Assembly: GCA_017654855.1 (NCBI GenBank)
Contig: CM030332.1
Span: 4,960,001 to 5,024,000, forward strand
Source of the DNA: Podospora anserina
Lineage: Eukaryota
Direction: 5' to 3'
Length of the DNA stretch: 64,000 nucleotides
In this document: piece after piece, positions 37,346 to 48,780 of the stretch
Numbering within the stretch: position 1 is the first letter of the stretch
How the letters are laid out: every line of letters begins with the position of its first letter
Position numbers and translations under genes: made by a program
Notes under the pieces: generated by a model
Told to the model about the DNA's origin: nothing
The model's database searches: none
Seen by the model: the letters and a program-made list of their open reading frames with translations, nothing else

Positions 37346-38160
37346 ATGGTCAGTACATAACCCCCCTCAACAATATTACATGGCAGCTCGCTGACCGTTC
37401 CCCCCCCCCCTCCACCCAGGCGCGCAACTCCGAAAAAGCCCAGTCCATGCTCTTCCGCTTCCGCGAAGCCCAAGCCGCCGACCTCGGAATCATCGACGCA
37501 GGCCGAACCCGCCGTCCCCGCGCCATCACCGAGCAAACATCCATCCCCGCCTGCGAGAAATGGCGTGGCCAGGTCCTCAAAGAAATCTCCCGCAAGGTCT
37601 CCCGAATCCAAGACATCTCTCTCTCCGACTACCAAATCCGCGACCTGAACGATGAGATCAACAAGCTCATGCGGGAGAAACACATGTGGGAGATCCAAAT
37701 CAAGAACCTGGGCGGGCCAAATTACATGAGGGGTGGGGGGAAGGTGTATGATGAGGCTGGGAGGGAGATTCAAGGTGGTGGGAAGGGGTATAGGTATTTT
37801 GGACGGGCGAAGGAGCTGCCGGGGGTGAAAGAGCTGTTTGAGGCGGCGACGAAGAAGAGGGAGGAGGATGAGAAGCCGTTGGAGGAGAGGACGGATTTGA
37901 ATAGGAGGAACGTGGATGCGGGGTATTATGGTTATGCGCCTGGGGAGGAGGATGAGCTGTTGCTGGAGTATGAGAAACTCAAGGAGAAGGAGGCGTTTGA
38001 GGCGCTGAGGAAGGCGGGGAACAAAGAGGCACCGCCGGGGTGGGAGCCATTGCCGGGTGATATTGGGGATGGGAGAGTGTGGGAGTTGCCGACGTTGGAT
38101 GAGGTGCAGCAGGAGCTGATTGACAGGAGGAGGGCGAGGTTGTTGGATCAGTTACAGTAA
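37346..38160 (+). CDS. ISY1: Pre-mRNA splicing factor Isy1; intron at 37349-37419 directly after the ATG
   Basis: ATG|GTCAGT...GCTGAC...CAG|GCGCGCAAC gives MARNSEKAQSMLFRFRE; IRDLNDEINKLMREK and YRYFGRAKELPGVKELF. Confidence 0.96.
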
Positions 38161-38489
38161 ATCGGCGTTGGAGAGGTGGGCTAGTGGATATTGTTGGTAT
38201 TTCGACATCTTCATGGTTATGTCTGGCGTTCAGGGGCACACAGGGCGGACTATGAGGGTTTCTCTGCCAAAATGACTTTCCAAAATTTCTGTGTATTATC
38301 TTCATTAGGTGTAATTGTATATACCGCACCACCAATCATTATGCATGCAACCAAACGGACTCCGAATACTGTGTGTCTGCCTCAACTGATACCATACCAT
38401 AACAACGTAAAACGCGTAAACATCCATACTGTATGTGCTCCATTGTCTTGAATAAACGCCCTCGCATAACGAATGTCCTCCCAAAACAA

Positions 38490-40325
38490 TCAACACTTCG
38501 CCGGCCAATTGTCCTCGATCCACCCGGCGAAAAGCTCCGTAAACGTCCCCTCAACATACAAACTGACGTCCTTGTCAGTATACACGGCTCCGCTAAACTT
38601 CAACGCCATCAACACCCAAGGTTGAATAAAGTTGAAGAACACCAAATCAACCGTCTCTGGCTCGCCCTCTTCCGGGAACGACAGCTCGCTCTGGATGCAG
38701 TTGGGGACCACGTAGAAGTTGATCCTCGAGTGGAGGGCGTCGTCACCATCGTCGCCGATATCATCCCGGGTGGTGTATCCCTCAACCAAAAAGGGCTCCT
38801 CATGCCCATGCTGACCCATTGGCTTCTGGATACCGTCTTCGGAGAAAGGGTTGGCAGGGGTGTCGTAGATGATGGACTCCCTGGTGGAAAGTTGCTCGGG
38901 GATGGCCATGAACTCGTTGTCCATATGAGCGTCAGCCATGATCTTCCCGGCGTTATTGAGGAGCTTGATGACTTTCTTCGCGGCGTGGTAGGGGACATCG
39001 GAGATGTAGTTGAGAACGCTGAGGAAGGGTGAGGTGATGTATGTCGAGTCCCGCGTGAAGGCCCCCTTGAAGATGTCGAATCTGATAGCGCCTGTGTTGG
39101 CGATCACCAGTCTGGGGACGTCCTTGCGCTTTGGGTTGACTGCGATATCCGGAATGACCTCCTCCTCGAGCAGGGTGTAAATGCTGTCAGGTCCTGGATA
39201 CGGCGACCTCGTCATCCAGTAATCCTGTGGCGCGCAACCAAAGGTGTAATCCAATTCCAGCTCCTTCCTCGCCTTGGCAATCATAGACGTGACGTTCTTG
39301 CCATGCTCGGTATGAAAAGTCGAAGCATTCAGCCCGCTGTGATGATACAACCCAAGGAGGTTGTTATCGATATACCTCCGATGAAAACTCAACCCCCTCT
39401 CCCCCTTTGGATCCTCCTCGGCCTTCTTGATCGCCCCGTCAACACTCATCCACCCAATCGTCTCAAAATACCGCCCACTCGCCATCGCAAAGCTCCTCTC
39501 ATCATAGCTCGTCGCATCCCTGACATGAACATGGCCCCCAAAAAACAAAATCGGCGCATCCCCATTCCACCTCCTAATCTCCCCAAAAACCGTCTTAAAC
39601 TCCTCCATCTGCACCCCTACATGCCCAATAACCAGCCACAAATCCGGCTTCTCCTGCTCCCTCACCAACCGCTGAAACCATTCCTCCCTCACCACATCCC
39701 CAACCCTTTTCACCACAGTATTATTCGCATTCCCCCCAAAATCAAACAAAAACCCCATCGCCACCACCTCCACCCCTTGATTCTTCGTCCTAAACCTCCT
39801 ATACCTCTGCGCCATCTCCACCCTCTCCCCATCCCCCTTCACGTAATCCAAATTGCTAGCCACATACCTCCCCCTAAAATTCTCCACCGTCCTCTCATAC
39901 TCCCGATCCGCCGTGCTCGCAATATACAGCTCGTGATTCCCCGTGCAAATCACGTCCACGTCCTGCTCCTTGTATATATCGTAGTAGTACTTCCCCTTCG
40001 GACTGCTCGCGTCATACAGCCCGTTCCCCTCCACCCGGTCCCCCGTGTCGACAAGCAAGAGATCGACTCCCAAATCATCCGCCTTTTGCCGCATGTGCTC
40101 CGCAAAAGAGACGTAGTCCCCCCAGTCAGCCGAATATTGTGACTCCTGAAGATGGCCAGCGTGCCAGCCGTGCGTGTCGGTCGTGTGCAAAAAGTTTAGT
40201 TTGCCCCAGACGAGGTCTCGCATCGGGGCGGGGATCGGCCGCGCGGCTCGCGGTTGCGCCGCGGTCGCGGGGTTGGCGGCGAGGGTCGCGAGGACGGTGC
40301 CGATGATGGTTGTTTTCAGGCCCAT
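38490..40325 (-). CDS. Secreted/vacuolar calcineurin-like metallophosphoesterase, 5'-nucleotidase family (YHR202W-like)
   Basis: Signal peptide from MGLKTTIIG; motifs FLHTTDTHGW, DTGDRVEGNGL, GNHELY, GGHVH and SGRYFETIGW. Confidence 0.9.
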   Translation of the reverse strand: MGLKTTIIGTVLATLAANPATAAQPRAARPIPAPMRDLVWGKLNFLHTTDTHGWHAGHLQESQYSADWGDYVSFAEHMRQKADDLGVDLLLVDTGDRVEGNGLYDASSPKGKYYYDIYKEQDVDVICTGNHELYIASTADREYERTVENFRGRYVASNLDYVKGDGERVEMAQRYRRFRTKNQGVEVVAMGFLFDFGGNANNTVVKRVGDVVREEWFQRLVREQEKPDLWLVIGHVGVQMEEFKTVFGEIRRWNGDAPILFFGGHVHVRDATSYDERSFAMASGRYFETIGWMSVDGAIKKAEEDPKGERGLSFHRRYIDNNLLGLYHHSGLNASTFHTEHGKNVTSMIAKARKELELDYTFGCAPQDYWMTRSPYPGPDSIYTLLEEEVIPDIAVNPKRKDVPRLVIANTGAIRFDIFKGAFTRDSTYITSPFLSVLNYISDVPYHAAKKVIKLLNNAGKIMADAHMDNEFMAIPEQLSTRESIIYDTPANPFSEDGIQKPMGQHGHEEPFLVEGYTTRDDIGDDGDDALHSRINFYVVPNCIQSELSFPEEGEPETVDLVFFNFIQPWVLMALKFSGAVYTDKDVSLYVEGTFTELFAGWIEDNWPAKC

Positions 40326-40732
40326 CTTGCCGGTTGCCGGTTGGAGTAGGTTTGATGCGCTGCTCGTAGTCGTCAATTGATCAGAGTCGTTCCGCGCGCA
40401 TCGCTGACGGTCAGCGCGTTGGTGGTTGCCAGGGAGAAGTGGCGGCACCCCTGAACGAGAACCTCTTTGGCCTGCAGGTCTTGGCGTTGTCACGGCTGTC
40501 GCCCATTGATCACATGGGCCGTCAACTGATGACAGTTGATAGGTAGGTGCCATGAAACACATAGAACCCCAAGTTTGAACAGGTTGAACTGATAGTTATG
40601 GTATCACTACGAAGTACTGGTATCATAGGTATAGAAATCTAGGCAAACCGCCCCCTGAAAACTCCTTGACCTGCCAAACCCCAATGGCTGAAGATAGTTA
40701 ATACAACAACCCTCCCCTTTCTCGGGGGCCAT

Positions 40733-43190
40733 TCAAACCTCAACAATCTTCACCCGTCCCCTAGTCTCCTCGGGAAGATCCTCCAACTTGATCAAACCAA
40801 GTTGAACACAATCACCCAGGAAAAAGTAGGCTCTCGACTGTGTATATCCAAGATAATCAAACGCATCGGCATCCTCTTCAGTCTCCTCCTCGGTTGGAGT
40901 CACATCCTCCGCCTCGCCATCCGAGGAAACCTTCAAACCAGGAATCTTAGCCTGGACAAGACCCCACGCAACCCACTGGGCGCTGTTGGCTGTGCGCCAG
41001 AGTTTGGTCTCCTCCATCAGCTCCTTGACTCGCTTCTCCGTTGCCGCTTCCCTCTTTCTCTCCTCCTCCTTCCACCCACCGGCTGGGACGCGGGCATCCA
41101 GCATAAAGTCAGCAATAGAGGTTGTAGATCCCGCCGTGTGAATAGAAGTTCCTGGTCCGGTCCCTGTGGGTGTCGTGGCGGGCGTGCTTTTGGCAGAGTC
41201 AATATACGGGAACCTAGGCCTATGATCGACATAGGCCCTGATAAACCGGCGCTGCTGGTCAACGTTGGGATACTTGGCGGTGTCACAAACATGAGGGTAC
41301 CGCGCGTCATGATAGTCGTATGTCCATTCGGAGAAATGGTTGGCAAACTCAAGTCCTGGAATGTTGGCACCGGCATACTCAAAATCAATAACAACCAATT
41401 GCTTGTGCTCGTTGGCGGGCTGAAGAAGGGGTGATTTCTGATCGTCCGGACGGACGCGGAGAATATTGCCGTATTGAGTCTGCGCACCAAACATCAGTAG
41501 CTGGAAACAAACACCTTTGGGGCATACAACTTGCGTCGTTGTGTGCAAAGACAAGCTTCTCTCTGATCTTCTTCGGGTTGCCATACTGGCCATCAAGAAA
41601 CTGGCGATACTTTCGGACCAGCTCCTTGAAGGCCGGCCATTCCACTCCGCAGACATAACCCTTCTTCTTCCAGCTGTCGCTAGGACCACGAGACAGGTCG
41701 TTTGGCCCGTCATTGTATTGCTTGTCAAGGAACAAAACAGTCTTCTCGACTTGGGCAAGCCACTTGTCCCAGTTTCTCCAAACACTGGGGCCAAGGTCCT
41801 TCTCTTCCTCCAACAGCTCCACGCCGTCATGAAGCTCCCTCATGCGCTTAGCAATCTGTCTGGAGGTATCCGGCTCCCGCATGCTTTGCGAAGTGAGCGC
41901 AGCAGCGTTGAGGTATTGCTCAAACCGACCGTTTAAAAAAGTGCCAAGCAGGCGAGGGCCAATCTTCTTTCTGGCCAGCCTTCTAAGCACGCTCAGCTCG
42001 TTTTCACGGTCGATGAGGTGCTCCACCTGGGGACCATAGATTCTTAGCAGCACCTTGCCCGGCGTCTTCTTGCCCTCGGCGGGAAGCAGTGCCGATTCAG
42101 GGGGCGGCGAGACCACATACACAGCGTTTGTCAATGCGCCGCTGAGACGTTCAACTGAGATCTGCTCTCCGCTGTCAAGGGGCACCCTCCTCCACCCTTT
42201 GAGCCTCAGCGTGTGTGCCAAACGAATGATTTCATTCTTGAACACAGTCCAAGCTTGCTTCTCTTTATCCTCCCTGCGGCTAGAGATAGAAGCGTTGTCG
42301 TCGGCCGCCTTGCCTCCAGTGTAGCTCATGGTCTTGGAGTTGTCGAGGGCCGCATCACAGCTGGGAACCACAACATCACCATCGAAAAATTCCGTGTCCG
42401 ATGATGCCGCACCTCTGAGGCTCCTACTAGACCTCTTCCGGTGCTTCTTGCTTAGACGAGGTCCTAGGTGAGGAACAGACCCCAGTCCCAAAGCCGACAT
42501 GCTGTCGTCGATAATCCTCTGAAGTCGATCAAGAGACACTTCACTCGAATCAGACTCGAGAGAATCGGCACGAGGACGACCGGCTTCAGGCGTCTCTGGA
42601 GGTGACTTGCGGCGCGAAGAATGCTTCCGACTCTTTCTAGACTCCTTCTTGGCTTTCTCTCGGTGGAGCCATTCAGCCACCTGAGCTACCAACTTCTCAC
42701 TCACGCGATCAATTCTATGGCGGTGGTAGGAGGCGACGCCACTGTTTTGAGGTTCTTCAATGAGTGCCGGAGAAGCAGTGAGCTCGGTTTCGCCGGCAAC
42801 ATCGATGCTGGGAGTCTGGCTGAGAGTCGAGGACCTAGACGGCGTGGCAGACAGACCAGGGCGTCCACTCAGCCTCCTGCCAACGCCTGCAGGAAACTGC
42901 TTCTTGACTGAGGCCTCATCGTGAGGCGACGACTCAGGTTCAGCAATCTGAACGGCTGCGAGGTGTCAATATTTGATCACGGGTGACAAAGAACAAAGAA
43001 AAACAAGCAGAGCTACGCAGAACAAGTGATAGCTAAACAATGAGGTGAGTGACAGACCTTTGGCCAGTGCGCTCAAGGGCGGGGTTTTGGAACCTTCACC
43101 ATCATTGTCGTTCTTCAGAGCCGAACGCAGCGGCTGAGCCGAGGGTGCTGGAGAGGGTGCTGGAGAGGGTGCTGGAGAGGGTGCGGACAT
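40733..43190 (-). CDS. CKI1: Choline/ethanolamine kinase; introns at 42956-43057 (GT-AG) and 41480-41534 (GC-AG)
   Basis: RLSGALTNAVY, LLRIYG, spliced Brenner motif FAHND|TQYGNIL, VIDFEYAG and ANHFSEW. Confidence 0.92.
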
Positions 43191-44135
43191 GTTGAGGGAG
43201 TTGTCAACACCACGGACCGGCAACACCCGAGCAAAATACTTTGAAAGCCGGAGTGACGGTTCCCGAGGGCATCCGGGGAGAGATGTAGAATGTTACCCTT
43301 GGGCAACGGTCAAGGAGGAGTTGTAGTTGTAGGAGAGGACCCGGTAGATGGGGCGGGCGCTTGCATCGGTTAGGGAAGTGTCTCAGTGACACCGGTATCG
43401 CTTCTTCAGCCAAATCCGTATCGTATGATTGGGTATTGCCCTCGTCAAGATAAGAAGGCGTGTGGAATACGTGGGGTAGCGTCCACGCTTGCTTCGCAAA
43501 AAGACTAGACGCTGCCGAAGCTCTCGCGAGACCAAGTTGTGTTGTTTAGGAAGCAAAGGGTACGAGCATGTGAAGGGGGGAGAACTGTAGTTGAGCTCAG
43601 ACGGTCTCGTGCTCAAACCGGCAGGTAGCCTGTTGCGCAATGAAAAAAAGACGGTGTCCCGGCGACAAAAGTCGGGCTTTCAGTGGAGAAAAGGACGAGA
43701 GGAATCAGGAACAGGGTCCTCCACCCCATCAATCGCCGAATGGCCCGTGCTTGACCATGACGTAGCTGTCTGCAAGCGAGCAATGCTGTTTTTTGTTTCG
43801 AGCTCAGGCCATTTGGCAGAGCCCAATGATGCAATTCAGACCCGAGGGAATGGAAACTCGCTGCCAAGCGCCGACCGACAACCAGTGAGGTTAGGCTGGA
43901 TTACATGATCTGGAGGATAAAAATAGTTGAGAGATCGGAGCGCTGTTGAACGTTTATCCAACCTGCACCCCAGATCACCACTTCTTTCAGAACCCCTGTC
44001 TTCATCCCGCTCACTGACATGACCACCAAACTCCCAAGGGTAATCTGCATGGAATGGCAATATTGTACATTTTAGCTGTTGCAAAATACATCAATAGTAC
44101 ATGGCGTTATACATCCTTGATACGTGCCCATAATT

Positions 44136-45112
44136 CTAGGCCTTCTTCAAGGGTCCCTTCCACTCCTTCATATGATCCACGATGATCTTGGCTGCTTGGT
44201 CGGGAGAGTGCTGTCTGCCGAGCGCCTCCACAAAGTCTCCCTCGGGGTCCATAAGGTAGAAGTAGATGCTGTGGTCGACCAGGTAATCCTGGCCTGGCTT
44301 GACTTCGTTCGGCGTGCTGAAATAAACCCGGTAGGCCTTGCACATGGCCTTGATCTGGTCGTATGTGCCTGTCAGACCGATAAACTTGGGATGGAACTCG
44401 GCAAGATATTCCTTCAACTCCTTGGGACCGTCACGCGCGGGGTCGCATGTCACAAATACAGGTGCCAGCACACCAGGACGCTTCTCCTCTACCAGATCGA
44501 ACATTCTCGCCATCTTGTCGAGCTCCTCGGGGCAGATATCCGGACAATGGGTAAATCCAAAGTAGACCTGGAACATAGCTTCAATCAGCATAAGGTCAAA
44601 GACTCAGAGGAACACGCCAGCACTTACAAGAGAGTAGCGCCCCTTCAAGTCCTCGTCCGTAACAGTGTTGCCATTCTGGTCAATCAAGCTGAACGGCCCG
44701 CCCACCTTGGGCCTTCCAACACCCTTGGTTGACTCTGCTATCCTCTTGCGCTGCATGCGCTCCTTCTCCTTCTCAAAGTAAAACAGGAGCCCGGCGCCAG
44801 TCATGAGGAAGAGAATACCAGCCTTCCATGAGAATGGCTACAGCCCCGCATATTAGCTTCCGTCCAAAACACACAACGGACAGGACCGATGCATACCCCA
44901 GAACGATAGCGACTTTTTGCCTCCTCCACTGTCTTGAACTTGAATCTCCGTTGAACCAATGGCTGGTAGGTTTGTGTCTGTGGTTTCGGAAGGCAGGATG
45001 TCGTCGGTCTTCTGGCAGCCATGTTGCTAGCTGTGGACAGGGATCGTAGGCATTGTCGAGTTGCCGCCCTCGGCAGGACGTTAATTGTGGCACGCATCGC
45101 TGGTTGTGACAT
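44136..45112 (-). CDS. SCO1: Mitochondrial copper chaperone Sco1 for cytochrome c oxidase; introns at 44838-44896 and 44568-44627
   Basis: YFGFTHCPDICPEEL (CxxxC), VGGPFSLIDQNG, DYLVDHSIYFYLMDP; presequence and a single TM segment. Confidence 0.96.
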
Positions 45113-45554
45113 TTTGGGTGGTTTTGCTGGAGGACCTTGGGGTGACGCCGCAATTGTGCTGGGTGCGGATAAAAGCTCCAAGTCAAAGCTCCCAAATGGC
45201 CCCAAAATCTCCTGATTAGGCCATCCCGCGATTCGGTTATATGCATCCAGTCTGACACATGCCCCGCTAAGCCACTAGCACAGCCAATTGAACCCCAGCT
45301 GTCAACCAAAAATTCATCTATCGCATGCATATCTTCCTCTGATATGCTTGTAAACATCTCACCTTCGAGTTCATCCCTTTCTTTCTTCATCAATTGATTC
45401 TTCCAAACATGCTTCTCTATCTGTAAATTTGACGCTCTGAAAGATTACTCCATCTCACTTCATGTCTGTACAGGCACATTAAGCGTGCCATGTATATAAA
45501 GTCACCAACAGAACAGCTGCGCCCCGGCCTGGTATCCCACAGGTGAAGTAACCG

Positions 45555-47156
45555 ATGGCGTTCTCAACGTCTTTTTTCACCCTCGACCCAGAAGCTGCGA
45601 CGGGCAATAGCAATCAACCATTACCTTCAGACAGTCAAACCACAATAAAAATGGAAAGGTCAAACAGTCCACAGACCGTACGGGAAGAGGAGCAACCCGC
45701 AGCAGATTTGCCCACTCTTTCTGCTCAAGCCAATTTTTCGTCCTCTGAAGAAACACAAACAAAGCACCCACCCCCCAGCAGTGAATACGGCTTTGATCAG
45801 GACTCGATTGCTGGCGACTCTACGAAACCAACCACGACCAAGCCTCCAGTAAGCAGGAGGAAAAAGGGAACTGCAACCATCATCAAACCACCAAAAAGAT
45901 CTCGCCCCGGCGGCAATACCAGCATGGGCCCAAAAAAGAAGGCAGGCAAAACCACCAAGAGCGTAGGATCCGGCGCCCCATCACTCAATGGAGATATCGG
46001 CAGCGACCTTGCTGGAGGAGCCAGCGAGTCTGACAGCGGGCCGTACTGCCTCTGTCGCGGACCTGATAACCACAGGTTCATGATAGCGTGTGATCGCTGT
46101 GAGGACTGGTTTCACGGCGACTGCATCGGCATGGATAAGTGGACTGGCGAGAATCTCGTCCAGAAATACATCTGTCCCAACTGCAGCGATCCCGACCGGG
46201 GCTATGTCACCCGCTACAAAAAGATGTGCAGCTACTCAAGCTGCAAGAACGCCGCCCGGGTTGGCGACCCTGAGCGCCCATCCATATTCTGCTCAGACGA
46301 CCACTGCCAAATGTGGTGGAACGACCTCGTCTGCACCATTCCCAAAGCCCCAAGATCCAAATCCGGCAAACCTACCAGCTTCCTAGACGACCTCACAAGA
46401 GAAGACTTCATATCCCTCCTCGACTCGCCTGTCATGGCTTCATACTACCAACAAGCACAACAACAGACCTCCTCCACCCTCTCCATCATCCCCGGCCAAG
46501 CAAACCTCTCCCTCCCCCCAGACTTCTGGACCAACCCCCCACCCAACCTCCTCACCCCAGAACAAGAAGACTTCCTCTCCACCTCCCTCGCGAAACGACA
46601 AGAGTTAGGCGAGGAGATGCTCCTCTACAAGAAAATGCTCGAGCTCATCAACATCGCCATCGAGCGCAGAGACACCGCCATCTCGTCCCCTTCCACACCC
46701 TACAACAAAGACGTCTGCGGTTACGACGTTCGCCTAGATCACATTGGGACGCCGCACCAGTTTTCCCTCTTTCTCCAGACTGAATCGGCGGCTAAAATCT
46801 TCAAGAGTGGCAAGTTGGAGGATATGGACGAGGAGGAACAGGCAAAGTGGCTCAAGGGGGAGGATGCGACGAGCGGGAATTACAAGGGGGGTATGTGCAC
46901 GAGGAAGAAGTGCCCTCCGCATAGACAGTGGAGGGATATACTGGTGAAATGCGTCAAGTATGATGTCAGGGAGCTGACGAGGAAAGCGAAGGAGAGGTTG
47001 GATGGGGAGCAGAGGGTGAGGGATGCGGCGGCGGGGAGGTGGTTTAGGAAGGGGATGTTTGAGGGGGATAAGGTGGAGGTTATTGGGGGGGCTATTGGGG
47101 AGGTGGTTGGTGGGCAGGTGGATGGGGCGGGGGAGGATGTGAAGATGGGGGGATAG
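45555..47156 (+). CDS. SPP1: PHD-finger protein, probable COMPASS/Set1C subunit Spp1
   Basis: PHD finger YCLCRGPD...MIACDRCEDWFHGDC...YICPNC, a second Cys cluster (CSYSSC...FCSDDH), CGYD and C-terminal CTRKKCPPHRQW. Confidence 0.8.
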   Translation: MAFSTSFFTLDPEAATGNSNQPLPSDSQTTIKMERSNSPQTVREEEQPAADLPTLSAQANFSSSEETQTKHPPPSSEYGFDQDSIAGDSTKPTTTKPPVSRRKKGTATIIKPPKRSRPGGNTSMGPKKKAGKTTKSVGSGAPSLNGDIGSDLAGGASESDSGPYCLCRGPDNHRFMIACDRCEDWFHGDCIGMDKWTGENLVQKYICPNCSDPDRGYVTRYKKMCSYSSCKNAARVGDPERPSIFCSDDHCQMWWNDLVCTIPKAPRSKSGKPTSFLDDLTREDFISLLDSPVMASYYQQAQQQTSSTLSIIPGQANLSLPPDFWTNPPPNLLTPEQEDFLSTSLAKRQELGEEMLLYKKMLELINIAIERRDTAISSPSTPYNKDVCGYDVRLDHIGTPHQFSLFLQTESAAKIFKSGKLEDMDEEEQAKWLKGEDATSGNYKGGMCTRKKCPPHRQWRDILVKCVKYDVRELTRKAKERLDGEQRVRDAAAGRWFRKGMFEGDKVEVIGGAIGEVVGGQVDGAGEDVKMGG

Positions 47157-48780
47157 AGCGGCTTGGGTTGGGATGTTGGGATTGAAAAATGGATAAGGGA
47201 ATGGCATGGTTGAAAACATTTTTAGTTTGGTTGGTAGCGGGTTTGATAGCAGCTTTAATGTTCAGCTTTGTTCTTGCGATCTTGGTGGACCTGTGAACTG
47301 TGATTTTCCATATCTCCAGTCTGAGGTTTTGGATATGCTTGAATCAACAAGTAGTATTGGGCTACCAAAGCAGCCATCTTGAGGCTGTAAGGCCGAGCGA
47401 TAATTATCTAGACAATGTTCTTTAGACCTATCTACCATGTTTCAACTTGGAGTATATCGATACATGATTCTACACATATTCAGAAATACACTTGGCGATT
47501 CCTTTTCTCAGTACTTTTTGATGCCCTTGGCTTTCCGGCCACTTCCCTTGCACTCTTGCCACACCATCTGCTTCGTCATGCCTCGTCCTGCCCCTTTTCC
47601 CGCCTCAAGAAGCTATTCATTGAAAAACCCCTCCTCCGAACCATCGCAGTACGTAAGGGAATAATATTCTTCGTGGCAAAGTAAAACTTGCAGCCAGGTC
47701 GCGGGGCAAAGTTCATCCCTTAACTCAGAGCGCAACCCGAACCCTCTGAAGAATTGCTCCCTGCCCAAACCCCAACCCCTGCCTCTGCCAAGTTTTAAAA
47801 CTCCAAAAACCCTTTGAAACGATTGTTTCCCTCTCCCTTGTATACCCAAAACTCAAAATCGTCTGTAGAAAATTGTTTGATCCAACACCTTTCCCAACTT
47901 TCCCCTTCCCAACTCCCATTGACGATATCCCGACCCCCCTACTGATCCCCAAACACATAACCCTTTCCCTTCATAACCCTAGAGGCCCCCCTATACTGTC
48001 TCCTCCCTAAAGTCTCGCAGCAGCTGAACGGAGCATTCAGCTTCCCCACAAACAAAACCATAACCCGCCCCTCCGATCGATGATCCTCTTGCAAGTGCCG
48101 GTATCCACACCCCTCCCCCATCAGCCCCTCACTCAGCATTCCATCCCTTGAATCACCACCACCCCTCCTCACCCATAACCACAATCCTTCCCTCGATGCC
48201 GTGAGGTATGGACATACATACCGACGGGCCTCTCCTCCCACGTGTGTTACACAAGAATAGAAAAGTGATAGAGAACGGACAATACCATCCCACGTGGCAA
48301 CGAACAATCCGTACGGGTTTTGACACGCACCACAAACAAAAACAGTTTTCCCGTTTAGGTAAAATATACACAACAGTCTGTAAAAGAAAAACAGCTCCAC
48401 TCTTGCAGGAAAAGGTGGCAAGTAATAATGAATGACACACACTGAGAGAATTGACACACTGAGGTAAGAAACAAAATCGCCACACTTCAAACAATCCATT
48501 TTAAACACCAAGAAGGGGGGGGTGGGAAATATATATACGAAATGAACGAAAGTCTGAAATAGAGCAAAACTTTTGTTACATATAAGAAAACTCTGAAATG
48601 AGTGTAATTTTTGTTGAGAAAAGAAAAAAACCACAGGAGAATGTGTTGTGTGTGTAAAAGTGTACATATATATGTGTGTCTGTGTGTGTCGTATTCATCA
48701 TAAACTTTTTGTTTGTCATAAACCAGCCATTAGCAACCCACCCAATCCCATATGCCATCTGGAGCCTTCGAGTAGTGAGA

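Noticed and set aside
40326..40562. 79-aa N-terminal extension of the nucleotidase ORF
   Set aside because: The signal peptide begins at the ATG at 40325 in good context; the upstream part looks like promoter or UTR.
43142..43183. 12-bp tandem repeat (PSPA x3) at the choline kinase N-terminus, and (GCGGGT)n upstream of EFR3 near 11456-11483
   Set aside because: Ordinary short slippage repeats with no evidence of function.
47939..48667. 242-aa Cys/Phe-rich minus-strand ORF
   Set aside because: T-rich sequence directly downstream of the 48781 stop; most simply a 3' UTR, with no recognisable domain.
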